The notes under the pieces are model-generated. The model was not told the origin of the DNA. It did not search any database and saw only the letters and a list, made by a program, of their open reading frames with translations. A stretch of 64,000 nt of DNA, taken from NCBI RefSeq assembly GCF_006345805.1, contig NC_043014.1, positions 48,050,001 to 48,114,000 of the forward strand. The letters run 5' to 3'. Positions within the stretch are counted from its first letter, which is position 1, and each line of letters begins with the position of its first letter. A program made the position numbers and the translations under genes. The DNA is from Octopus sinensis (Eukaryota). Of the stretch, positions 25,705 through 38,510 are shown in pieces.

Positions 25705-26595
25705 ATCTGTCTGTCTGTCTTCAGCAGTGTATTTATGTTGCACTTGACTGCTCTTTTTGAAAAAGTACTTGATACCTACTCAACTTGTTCCTTTAAAGTT
25801 TAGTAAACCAGTTCAACTAGTACGTGTGTGCTTTCACTGCTGGAACTAACACCAGAATCTTCTTCAAGTCACACCCTACCATCTTAAAGAGAGAGGAGCC
25901 ACTTTATACTATAGCCTTACATACTCCGAAAAAGATGGGATAGTCATGGCTGGAATGGCCTCGATCATGAATCTTCTGGATTGAGTTTGTGCTGGGGCTG
26001 TAAAACATTATTTAATGTGACTACGTGCTTTCCATGACACCACCACTGTCTAACCAGAGATAATCCAACTAACTGTTCTACTGACTGACCACATAATCTA
26101 CTTGATTGGGTATGGCTGCAGGATGAGCTAAGTCTGTAGTCCATTATGTAGTTGGACAGCCGGTGCCTATCTTCTTTCCTTCAATCTGTCTCTCTCTGCC
26201 TCATTTATGTGTGTGTGTGTGATGACATTGACATACACTAATCTAGGAAGGAAAGAGAGAGCTGTCTCTCTTGTTATATAGAGGACTCTTTATCAATGTG
26301 TGTGTGTGGTCGTACCTATGTATGTGCACAAACAATACCTAAATATGTCGATACACTTTTGTAGAAAAAGAATGTCTGCTTGCGTGTGCTTGTACATACA
26401 TGCATACAGACTAATATGCAGTCATCTATATGATACATATACACACACACATAATATATGTATAAGGTAATATATATATATATGTGTGTGTGTGTGTATG
26501 TGTGTGTATATATGTATATATACATACATGTATATATATATGTGCGTGTGTGTGTGTATGTATGTATGTATACATACATGTATATATGTGTGTGT

Positions 26596-26661
<66 letters not shown>

Positions 26662-26668
26662 ATATATA

Positions 26669-26736
<68 letters not shown>

Positions 26737-26758
26737 CATGTATATATATGTGTGTGTG

Positions 26759-26799
<41 letters not shown>

Positions 26800-26800
26800 C
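23800..26800. repeat. Cluster of (TA)n, (TG)n, (CA)n and (CT)n microsatellites in TBC1D23 intron 1
   Basis: Long tracts at 23820-23900, 24900-25200, 25550-25700 and 26440-26795; a tripled gaagaaataatatgtgat unit at 25083-25205. Confidence 0.95.
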
Positions 26801-29800
26801 AAAGTGTCTTTCATGGTGGCATAGCAACGGAATTACCGCATAAACTAACGAACCTTGACCTTTGCTCTTTCTCTTTCTTTCAGTACACACCCATTTATTA
26901 GAGCCGTTAATTGGACTATCAATGCTAATTAATATAATCTCTTGCCTATGTTGTGTTAGTAGTACAAACTCCACTTCCACCAAAATCCACTCTATTTGAC
27001 TTTTGTCCTTTTGGAAATTGATAAAATCAATACCTGTAATATAATTGACTCAGTCATGCAAAAATAGGGACCAGCAGTTTTTTTGGGGATTTTTTTTTTT
27101 TATAGAGGAGGCCAGGTATTTTTGTGGTTTTCAAAGTGTTTTTACAATTTAAAAGTCAAAGCTTTCATATTCTCTTCATCTCTGTCCATTATACTGTATT
27201 CAGGCATTAGGAGGCGCAATGGCCCAGTGGTTAGGGCAGCGGACTCGCGGTCGGAGGATCGCGGTTTCGATTCCCAGACCGGGCGTTGTGTGTGTTTATT
27301 GAGCGAAAATGCCTAAAGCTCCATGAGACTCCGGCAGGGGGTGGTGGCAACCCCTGTTGTACTCTTTCGCCTCAACTTTCTCTCACTCCACTCTTACTTC
27401 CTGTTTCTGTTGTACCTGTATTTCAAGGGGCCGGCCTTGTCACTCTCTGTGTCACGCTGAATATCCCTGAGAACTACGTTAAGGGTGCACGTGTCTGTGG
27501 AGTGCTTAGCCACTTACACGTTAATTTCACGAGCAGGCTGTTCCGTTGATTCGGATCAACTGGAACCCTCATCGTCGTAACCGACGGAGTGCTTCCATAT
27601 ATCCATTCAAGCATTATCATAGTGTGTGCTTTCTGTGCTCTCTTCATATTTAATTTCACCAGGCTCAACCCTCATCATATCACTGCTGTTGGTTTAATAC
27701 ACTTTTAGTCATTTTAAAACTGTACACAATCTAAAAAATGTTCCATCATTACTCAGTCACAGAAGTCAACAATTTTCTTCCAACAGCAGGGCAGGACAAT
27801 TTTTCTCCAACAAATAAATTAATGGTCTGGGCTCCAATATCACTTGGATTTGTTGGGACCCTCACTGCATTATTTTCTCAGTGTACCCCTTGAAAGGACC
27901 TTGCTCATGTGAATAGGGGTTGATGTGCTAAGTTTTTTTTTAATTTTCTAGTTGGTGATTTTGCTATTGTTTAACCTTGATCCATCCCTGATAAAGCAGA
28001 CCTATGATCAAGAGCAGTCACATCATAACATCCCATCATATTTTCTTATAGTTAAATGTGTTTAAAAGAAGGTTGGCTGCTATTTCTTGTAGTTAGAGTG
28101 ACATGTGTAATATATGTGAATGTGGAAAATAATCTTTAAGAGAGAAACAGATGACCATCTGATCTGGTTACTAACATATATTGTGTTCAAGATCAAGACA
28201 TTTAATGGGTCAGTCCACTTAGCAAGTGGGAATAGGTACCTCAGGTCGAGGAGCAGGACCCGATGTAAATAGCTACTGCTATTTACATTGTAAAACTGAG
28301 GAGTGTTTCAGCCACTTGCAGTGAAAATTTCCATTTGACCAGTGAGTGTAGCTTAATGTGGGATGAACTTAAGTTGGCTGCTCATCATCATCATTATTAT
28401 TTAACGTCTGTGGTCCATGCTGGCATGGGTTGGATGGTTTGACCAGGGCTGGCACACTGGAAGGCTGCACCAGACTCCAGTCTAATTTGGCATGGTTTTC
28501 TATGGCTGGATGCCCTTCCTAATGCCAACCAGTCTGAGAGTGTAATGGGTGCTTTTACGTGCCATTTGCGTAACACCGGGATGCTTATATGTGCCACCAG
28601 CACGGGTGCCAATTTGCGTGACCCCGATATCTGCCATGACTGCGATTTTGCTTGGCTTGATGGGTTTTCTTCTCAAGCATGACATAATGCCAAAGGTCTT
28701 GGTCATTCGTGAGGCCTGGAAATGTGGAAGGTCGGTGTGGTACAACAGGGAGAGCATATGGAGTGTAGTGTGAGAGTGAGAACATGTAGAATGTGGGCTG
28801 GTAAGGATGGCATGTGGAATGTCGTGTATGAGTGAGAACATGGAGTGTGGAGTGACAGTTTGAGTGTATGAAAATGGGAACGTGGAGTGTAGCAGTGGGG
28901 GAATGTGTGGTGTGTTAATGTGGTGAGAGCATTATCATGCTGCATATGCTTATCCATTATCACATCACCATGTAGTGTCTGCTACCACTGAAGCACTCCT
29001 GGGTCCAATCATCATCATTATCACCACCACCACCACTGTAATAAAATATGTAATGCATTCACATGATATTTTGAAGGTCTTTTGTCTATAATTGGCTTTT
29101 GTTGTAAATGTCACATGCCTGTTAGCAATGGCTCCAGCTTTTATCTTTACAAATCTCCCTACTCTTAGCTATAGGATTGTTATCCAGCAGCAGGTATTGT
29201 AGTAGTCCTTTCACACCAAATCAACCTGTGGTGTATATATATATGTACATACCTATTATCAAAGCCATGACCATCCTTCTTGTATATCTAGGGCTATGTT
29301 ATATATGTGCTTCCTGCTTTAAGATGGTTGGGTTTTCATTTAATGCTTCTATGATTATTGCATCTTTTATTCACATAAAATCTGTTTTGGACTACAGACT
29401 CTTTTAATGGTGTGCAGTCTGTCGGGGACTATATTTTCTTTACATTTTTTTTTCAGACAGACTGCTATGATTTTAGGGTAACTTGGCCCCTATTTCTAGC
29501 ATGTTGAGTGACTATGTAGAGCAGTGTTTCTCAACCATTTTTTAGCTGTGGACCCTTTTGATTCCTATTTTACTCAGATTAACCCTCTTCACCATTCAAT
29601 CTTTAAAAAATCCTATTATATCATCATCATCATCATCGTCATTTAACATCTGCTTTCCATGCTGGCTTGGGTTGGACGGTTTGACTGAGGGCTGGCAAGC
29701 CAGAAGGCTGTACCAGGCTCCAATCCAATCTGGCAAAGTTTCTATAGCTAGATGCCCTTCCTAATACCAACCACTCCAAGAGTGCAGTGGGTGCCTTTTA

Positions 29801-30109
29801 TGTGCCACCAGCACATGGGCCAGTCAGACGGTACTGGCATTGAACATGCTTGAATGCTGCTTTTTATGTACCACCGGCATATGAACCAGTCAGGCAGCAC
29901 TGGCAACAATCACGCTCGAATGGTGCTTTTAACGTGCCTGGTACGGGACCAGTCAGGCAAGGAATGTATTTAAAAAATTGTCGAAATATTTTATGTATTG
30001 TAGAAGTATAACTGCTCTATTTACATAATTTTTGACAAAATCTTGAAGCCCCTCCTCAGGATCACGTGGACCCTGGTTGAGAACCACTGGTTTCAGCCAG
30101 TCTGGGGCC

Positions 30110-31265
30110 ATGCTGGAGCACCACCTTTCAGTGTTTTGGAGTCTCCTTTCAGTACTGTTTTTGGTGAAGAAGCAAGTTGGATGAAGCTGCTCTTTGTGCC
30201 TCCTTCCACAGTGTGGGCTCATTTGGGATTTTAGCTAGAAATCTGTCCAGGTGCTTTTTGAATGTTTCTACATCTAAACCTTGCAGATCTCTTAGGTTCC
30301 TTGACAGAATGTTAAATAGTTGTAGTCCCCTGAAACCCAAGCTGTTGCAACACTGGGTCCTTGTCTGAGATGAAGAAGGCGGTATCTTTGGTATTACATA
30401 GTGCCATCCAAGGAGTAGAGTTCCAGTTCTTGTAGTCTCTCCCTGTAGCTCATCTGTTTTACCAAGTCAATCTTCTTTGTGTAGTGGTGCTGGATTGCCT
30501 CAAGTGCTGCCACCAGTTTGACACTCTGTGGCAACTAAAGTTAGGAGCAGGGATCCTGATGACTGAGGACGAATGTCTGACATAGGAGTAGCAAGGTATC
30601 CTTATTTCTGTTTTTGAATGATCTAAGAGTCTATCCTGCCACTCGCCTACACAGAGTTGCCATCCTGGCAATATACACATGGAACGTTGCAGCACTGCTC
30701 ATGTGGATTCCCAGGTCATGCACCGATTCTAGCTCTGGAGTTGTACTGCCCCATGGTCCTATGTATTCCAATTGTAGTCTGTTTTTGTGCTAATAGTGGA
30801 GTGCTTGAAACTTATCAGCATTGAACTGCTTGTTATTTTTATCAGCCCATTTATATATTGCATGTAGGTCATTTTGCAGTTTACTATGTCATCAGGATCC
30901 TTGACTCCTTTAGATACTTTTGTATCATCAGTGTAGCTGATGAGACTGGCTGACTGTATGCCTGACAGCATGTCTGAGAGAGCCACTACAAACAGTAGTG
31001 GTCCCAGTACAGTTCCCTGAGGAACTCTGCTGTGGATTGATGTCTCCCCAGAGAGAGCACCATTGGCTGCAACTGCCTGACTTCTGTCCTTTAAAAAGTT
31101 GTGCAACCATTCTCCCAGTTTTCCAATGATACCAAGGTCATGTAGTTTGTGACATATCATTGCATGATCAACTTTGTCAAAGGCTTTGGCAAAGTTGAGA
31201 TATATCACATTCTGAGTGGTTGAGCTGCTGTTCCAGTACCCAATCATAATGTTGTATCAGGCTCA
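30110..31265 (-). mobile_element. Decayed CR1/L2-group LINE: reverse transcriptase and 3' end
   Basis: ORF 30759-31247 has YLNFAKAFDKVDH...VPQGTVLGPLLF...YTDDTK (RT motifs). Downstream GFRGLQLFNIL...FKKHLDRFL; stops and frameshifts present. Confidence 0.88.
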
Positions 31266-31289
31266 GTAAAAAATAAGTGACATTTTGAA

Positions 31290-31760
31290 ACATGAAATTC
31301 ATCACAATATATTTCAACAATGCGGAAATTTTATTCATCAATGTAAGTACCATTACAATCAACACATGTTTGCAAACAAGTTACAAGTTTATTTATTCTG
31401 GTGACATAAAAATCTGGAGTTCTGGAGCTGATGAACTCTTTGAATGCACTTTCAGCATTGGTTTGATTTTTGAACTCCTTCTCTCTCAGGAAACCATCAA
31501 GGTGCTTGAAAAAGAGGTAGTCAGTTGGAGAAAAATCTGGGTAGGGAAGAACTTCGTAGCCAAGTTTCCTCAACTTCTGGAGCATCATTAGTGAAACGTG
31601 TGGTCAAGCATTGTCATGAAGAATGATTGGCCCTCATCTGTTGACCAGTCTGGGATGGAGGAGTAGCAGTTTGTTGTTCATGATGGCAATTTCATAGCAA
31701 TATATTTCTGCAGTAATGGTTTTTTTCCAGGTTTTAAGAAGTTACCGCCCAACTCCACCC
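31290..31760 (-). mobile_element. Decayed mariner transposase, C-terminal catalytic region
   Basis: GPIILHDNA*PH followed by LQKLRKLGYEVLPYPDFSPTDYLFFKHLDGFL...YVTRINKLV...CVDCNGTYID; HPPYSPDL motif partly deleted. Confidence 0.88.
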
Positions 31761-33189
31761 CCAATCAAGTATCTTGTGTTGACCATTCACTACTTTCACT
31801 CACACATTATTTCACAAACCCCAACCTCACCCAAAACCCCATATATAGAATCACAAAGCCCCAAATCCTCAAACCTGTTTGACAATGAATGTGAGAAAGT
31901 TCTCCAAAAAGAATTAAAAAAAAAATCTCCTCACCCAAGTTAACAAAGGACTTACTAGATCTATGAACTAAAATCTATATTATTAAAAAATAATAACTCA
32001 TTAGAACTACCAGTGAAGTCATTTTTCTTTTTTCAAATATATATATATAATATATATATATATTATATATATATATAAAAAATAAGAATAAGATTGTTAC
32101 TAGTTTTATTTTGTCTTTTTGTCTTCTCTCCATGTGCTATATGAACACTTAAGGTGGTTTTAGAGTCAGACCATGGCTGCTATTTTCAGCATGGCAGTAT
32201 CTCGTAGATACCCTAAGTTATATATATAAATAAATATATATATATATATTATATATATATATATGGAAATATATATGTATGTGTATTATTGTGTAATTTA
32301 TGTATCAAATGTATTTATTTGATGTATAAATTATATGAAGATATCGAGCATATCATCTTTCTATCTGACACCTCAATCTTTTTCTCTTAGTCTTGATGGT
32401 TTTGTGTTTCTGCACCATATTCAGTGTCCTTGAAGTCATGGTGTGTGCGTACATACACACATTTATGCAATCACATACAATCTGTAATCCACACACACAC
32501 TTATCTTCCAGGTTGTATTGAAGAAGAAGCTATCTGCTCTCTCCTTCCCAACTCTGTAAACATTGTCTCTTCTCTTTCACTCCTCCTGTCATTACAATAA
32601 CATTTCATACACTATGTTTAACCTTCCAGACTTCATGTTAAACATTTTCTTTTATCCCTTTTTTTCTCCACTACTGCAACCCTCTAGAAATCCTACCCTG
32701 TTTGTATTATCATTGCAGTCACACTACCCAATGCTGTCTTAAGGCAAGAGCACATTGGGCAGTTGGGCAGTTGCCCAACGGCTTTACAGATCTGGAGGCC
32801 TATTTCTGATCTGTTTATGCTGTGGCTTGCTGTCAATAAATAAATCAATAAATACTGTAGGGTCCAATTTCAAACAGAAGACTGTGGGATAGAATGAGCC
32901 AAACTCCCATCAACCAAGAAATTCTGGGAGCTGGATTGGTCACACTCTTAGGGGACCTCCAAGCAGCATTGCAAGACAAGTGTTGGACAACCTAAGAAGA
33001 TTTGGAAATGATGCATGGAGAATGAAGCGAAAACAATCAGTCTCTCTTGGTCTGAAATCAAGATGCATCCACTGGCATGAAGTGGTCATTTGGCCCTATG
33101 CCCCTTGGGGAGAAGTGTGGACTAACTAACTGTAGGGTTCAGCACATTGATTTGCCCAGGGGACTATAATGCCCTGATGTTACCCCTTT

Positions 33190-33545
33190 AACAATTTACA
33201 CTCAACATCAACCCAACTTGCTGAGGCTGCCTGCTGGAGCCTATGCGGCAGGTATTTAAAGAGAAAAATTTGACAAGACAGTCAGTCACCGGCTGACACT
33301 CGCTGACGATACATCGAAGAGGCCAGGGAACAGAAGAAAGAAGGCATGCACCCAACACCAGAGCTGAAGACACCTCTGAAAGAGGGGGCCCCACCACGTC
33401 AAAACGGTAGAAGAGTAGGGGCCGAAACTGGACGTGGTTCCTCCTGATGATGTCTTGAGCTAACTGGAGCTGTTGTGGTAGCAGACCATGAAACACGGTT
33501 GTAATTCCTTCATGCCTGCCTTGCCCTTGAGGAATCATCTCCAAC
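33190..33545 (+). repeat. Dispersed repeat, with a second copy in opposite orientation at about 45290-45600
   Basis: ORFs 33188..33556(-) and 45096..45527(+) share RRNHV.FRPLL.YRFD...PLSEVSSALVLGACLLS. Confidence 0.8.
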
Positions 33546-33914
33546 TTACAGCACACAATTCATTCTTTTCTGATGAAATAATGCCAGAAAGAAAAAGAAA
33601 AAAATCTTAAACTACAAATTATCAACTTTCAACTGAATTTATTTTCATTTTCTTTTTGTTCGTCATTGCTAAACTCAGTACAATACTAGTACAGTTAGTA
33701 CCAATATCTAGACATGGGCATGGCTGTGTGGTTAAGAAACTTGGTTCATTATTTTAATTATTTTAATATGACACAAAACTCTACTGGGACACAAAACTCT
33801 CCTGGGACACAAAACTCTATCGGGACACAAAACTCTACTTGTGAAGACCTATTGAGGCAAGTGAGAATCGAAATCGATCAACATCAATGGAAATTATAGC
33901 TGTGATACTAGTGC

Positions 33915-34287
33915 TAGTGGCACGTAAGAGAACCATCCAAACGTGGCCGTTGCCAGCGCCGCCCCGACTGGCCTTGTGCCGGTGACACGTAAAAAGCACC
34001 ATCCGTTCGTGGCCATTGCCAGCCTCGCCTGGCCCCCGTGCCAGTGGCATGTAAAAAGCACCATCTGATCGTGGCCGTTTGCCAGCCTCGTCTGGCACCT
34101 GTGCCGGTGGCACGTAAAAAGCACCCACTACACTCACGGAGTGGTTGGCGTTAGGAAGGGCATCCAGCCGTAGAAACATTGCCAGATCAGACTGGGCCTG
34201 GTGCAGCCTTCTGGCTTCCCAGACCCCAGTTGAACTGTCCAACCCATGCTAGCATGGAAAGCAGACGCTTGATGATGATGATGATGA
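33915..34287 (+). mobile_element. Repeat family C ending gttggcgttaggaagggcatccagc...catgctagcatggaaagcggacgttaaac(GAT)n (RTE-tail-type SINE/LINE 3' end)
   Basis: Many near-identical copies: 1-77, 8370-8703, 48460-48625, 48720-48888, 57405-57665, 58770-59150 (+); 12705-12900, 28385-28570, 29620-29950, 38030-38250, 46303-46560, 48935-49270 (-). Confidence 0.85.
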
Positions 34288-34289
34288 CA

Positions 34290-34778
34290 GTGGTGTTTGT
34301 GTTTATAAAACTGAAGTACCCTGTGTCTGGGTACTTCAGTTTTCAAAATCATTTTTTAAAAAAATAGTTATTTTAATATGGCTGTGGTGTTTGTGTTTAT
34401 AAAACTGAAGTACCCTGTGTCTGGGTTCTTCAGTTTTCAAAATCATTTTTTAAAAAAATGGTTATTTTAATATGGCAGTGGTGTTTGTGTTTATAAAACT
34501 GAAGTACCCTGTGTCTGGGTACTTCAGTTTTCAAAATCATTTTTTAAAAAAATCATTATTTTAATATGGCTGTGGTGTTTGTGTTTATAAAACTGAAGTA
34601 CCCTGTGTCTGGATACTTCAGTTTTCAAAATAATTTTTTTTTTAAATTGTTATTTTAATATGGCTGTGGTGTTTGTGTTTATAAAACTGAAGTACCCTGT
34701 GTCTGGATACTTCAGTTTTCAAAATAATTTTTTTTTTAAATCACTATTTTAATATGGCAGTGGTGTTTGTGTTTATAA
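34290..34778. repeat. 94-bp minisatellite, about 5.2 units, each with a 15-bp hairpin
   Basis: Units start at 34290, 34384, 34478, 34572, 34666, 34760; hairpin aaaactgaagtaccc-tgtgtct-gggtacttcagtttt. Confidence 0.92.
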
Positions 34779-37700
34779 GAAAGGAAAATGTGAGGTAAAA
34801 CAAATAAGAAAGTGAAGCCTCAGTAAGACAAGTGGGAGGAGTGGAGGGAAGAATCATGTGATTTCCCCCCCCCTTCCTCCAAAAATCTGTGGCTGCAGTG
34901 ATGACATTACCACCACCACCACCACCATTGTAACATCTGTGCCAGCTATGTTGAAATGTCGAGTGGTGGTGATGGTAGTGAGAGGGTTAGTAACAGAACT
35001 GCAAATGACAACAACAGTAATATCAACAAGAGTTGTGAATGTTCCTTCAAAAAAAAGAAAGGGATATGGGCAAATAAAAGAATCCTGTGAAGAGCATCCT
35101 TTTTGGTTGGAGGCTGAGAGCTGAGAGAAGTATGAGAGGAATATTGTGAAGCAACTGGAAACCATGTTGGAGGAATATTAGTTTCAAATTCTGACACAAG
35201 GCCAGCAATTTTTGGGAGAGACCAGGTAGATTACATCAACCCCAGTGCTCAGCTGGTAATTATTTGACCCCGAAAGATTGGAAGGTGAAGTCGACCTCAG
35301 CAGAATTTGAATTTCAGATTGTAAAGACAGATGAAATGCCATTAAGCATTTTGTCCCAGCATGGTAACCGTTCTGTCAGCTCGCTGCCTTAAGTTGGAGA
35401 AATATTGCCAGCACCAGACACACTTCCAATGAAGACTGGTCAGGCCTAAAAGCCAGGATACTTCTACAAAGAATACCTGTAGAATTGGCAAGGGTCTCTG
35501 ATCGCATTTATTTCAACTGCCAGAAGCAAGTTTGCATTATGGTAGAGGCAGTGAGCTGGCAGAAAACGTTAGCACGCCGGGCGAAATGCTTAGCGGTACT
35601 TCATCTGCCGCTACGTTCTGAGTTCAAATTCTGCCGAGGTTGACTTTGCCTTTCATTCTTTCGGGGTCGATTAAATAAGTACCAGTTACACGCTGGGGTC
35701 GATATAATTGACTTAATCCGTTTAACTGTCTTTGTTTGTCCCCTCTGTGTTTAGCCCCTTGTGGGTAGTAAAGAAATAGGTAGAGAATCAGAAGTCCAAA
35801 TGCTACAACTATTGCAGTACCAACAACCACTTGAGGGTCCTTCTACCCTTTTGTGAAGTGGGAAGAATATGTGATCACCACTGCTGAATGTACCTATAAC
35901 ACGAAAACAGTAAAGGAGGCATGAAAGCACATGGCTCAGTGGTTAGAGTGTTGAGCTTACAGTAATGAGGTATGAGTTCGATTCCTGAACTGCGCTGTGT
36001 GCTTTGTTCTTCAGCAAGACTCTTTATTTCACATTACTCCAGTTCACTCAGTTGTAGAAATGAGTTGTGGCATCACTGGTGCCAAGCTGTATCGGCCTTT
36101 GCCTTTCCCTTGGATAACATCAGTGATGTAGAAAGAGGAGGCTTATATGCATTGGCAACTACTGGTCTTCCATGAACAACTTTGCCCGGACTTGTGCCCC
36201 AGAGGGTAACTCTCTAGGTGCAATTCCATGGTCATTCAATACCGAAGGGGGCCTTTACCCTAATGACCCCAGCAGTGCAAGCAGTATCCTAATGACTAAT
36301 AGCATCTTTCAGTCATTTGAATGGAGGAGGATGGCTGTATTGTTTTGGAAATCTTTGCATCACTATGGACAATTTTCCTGGATTCTTGGTGGTAGGTTTG
36401 TAAACATGAATAACCATGAAAAAGGTACTTTCAGACTAGTAATTGCTTATGCTCCAACTATGACATGTTGGTTAAACATTATACTTCTTTGGAGTATCCC
36501 TCTTATTTCTTTATTGCCCATTAGGGGCTAAACACAGAGGGGACAAACAAGGATAGACAAAGGGATTAAGTCGATTACATTGACTCCAGTGCATAACTGG
36601 TACTTAGTTTATCGACCCTGAAAGGATGAAAGGCAAAGTCGACCTCGGTGGAATTTGAACTCAGAACATAATGGCAGACGAAATACTGCTAAGCATTTCG
36701 CCCGGCGTGCTAACATTTCTGCCAGCTCACTGCCTTGGAGTATCCCTCTTGTTACATCAAAGGGCTGACTGAAATGGTATCTGTGACTCACATTGAAATT
36801 GCATGGGAGTAACTGACAGGAGAAAAGGTTTTAAAAGACCCACAAACCTACTCGGGTGTTTCCATTTGTTGGATAAGTTCTGACTGTATGTGCCAATGTT
36901 GATACAGATTAACTGCACAGGGTCATCCAGATAGTAGCTAGGTAGAGTATTTGTCAGGTGTAGGTGTCTATGAATTTGACTGGTTATTTACACAGACAAA
37001 GGTAAAAAAAAGGTAAAGACCCCCTTTAGTCATAAATGACCATGGGATTGCACCTAGAAAGTTCCACTCAGAGGTACAAGTCTAGTCAAGGTTATTTATG
37101 GAAGACCAGCAGTCTCCCTGCATACCAGCCTCCCTTCTCCATGCCACCAAAGGTATCCAAAGGAAAGGGAAAGGCCAGTACAGCTTGGTACCGATGATGC
37201 CACAACTCTGCTGGGGTCGTTAGGGTAAAGACCCCCTTCGGTCATGAATGACCATGGGATTGCACCTACAGCTGAGTGAACTGGAGCAACATAAAATAAA
37301 GTGTCTTGCTCAAGAAAGCAACACACAGCCCAGTCTGGGAATTGAACTCACTACCCCATGAATGTGAGCCTGACGCTCTAACCACTGAGCCATGCACCTT
37401 CACAGACAACAAGTGTATGAACTATAGTGAACTTAATAAGACACAAAAACAGGAGCTTTTTCACTGGGAGCTGGCTAAGTCATTCCCCATGTAAAAAGCC
37501 TTCAATCAGCAAATTTAATGAACTGAAGTGGCTGTTGACAGAGGCAGATGTGAATAACGAGTGGTGGATTCCTCTGAACAGATTCAATAGAGTAAATGTG
37601 ATCAAGTAAAGAGTAGCAATGGAAAACAATTATATACTCTTTTACTCTTTTACTTGTTTCAGTCATTTGACTGCGGCCATGCTGGAGCACCGCCTTTAGT

Positions 37701-38252
37701 CGAGCAAATTGACCCCGGGACTTATTCTTTGTAAGCCCAGTACTTATTCTATCGGTCTCTTTTGCCGAACCGCTAAGTGACGGGGACGTAAACACACACC
37801 AGCATCGGTTGTCAAGCAATGCTAGGGGGACAAACACACACACATATATATATATACATATATACGACGAGCTTCTTTCAGTTCCCGTCTACCAAATCCA
37901 CTCACAAGGCATTGGTCGGCCCAGGGCTATAGCAGAAGACACTTGCCCAAGATGCCACGCAGTGGGATTGAACCCAGAACCATGTGGTTGGTTAGCAAGC
38001 TACTTACCACACAGCCACTCCTATATATATCATCATCATCATCATCGTTTAACGTCCGTTTTCCATGCTAGCATGGGTTGGACGGTTCAACTGGGGTCTG
38101 GGAAGCCAGAAGGCTGCACCAGGCCCAGTCTGATCTTGCGGTGTTTCTACAGCTGGATGCCCTTCCAAATGCCAAACACTCCGTGAGTGTAGTGGGTGCT
38201 TTTTACGTGCCACCGGCACAGGTGCCAGGCGAGGCTCGCAAACGGCCACTAT

Positions 38253-38295
<43 letters not shown>

Positions 38296-38467
38296 AATAT
38301 TAGAGAATAAATCCAAATTTACAGGGAAAAAATCAGATTTAGGATTAAATCCAATTTTATAGTAAAATATTATAAAATATTATTAGAGACAAAACCACTA
38401 TTTTGCAAAACAAACAAGGAAAGACTTAATCAATACATAAAATTTTAATAAATAGTCAAAAAAACCG

Positions 38468-38510
38468 CCACTACAATTGTTTCTTGTCTTGATCGACAAT
38501 CTTCAGGTGG
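38468..38510 (-). ncRNA. Identical minimal type I hammerhead motif in the opposite palindrome arm
   Basis: Exact reverse complement of 43469-43511. Confidence 0.8.

Noticed and set aside
34290-34778. CRISPR array
   Set aside because: Eukaryotic intron, whole 94-bp units repeat, there are no unique spacers and no cas genes.
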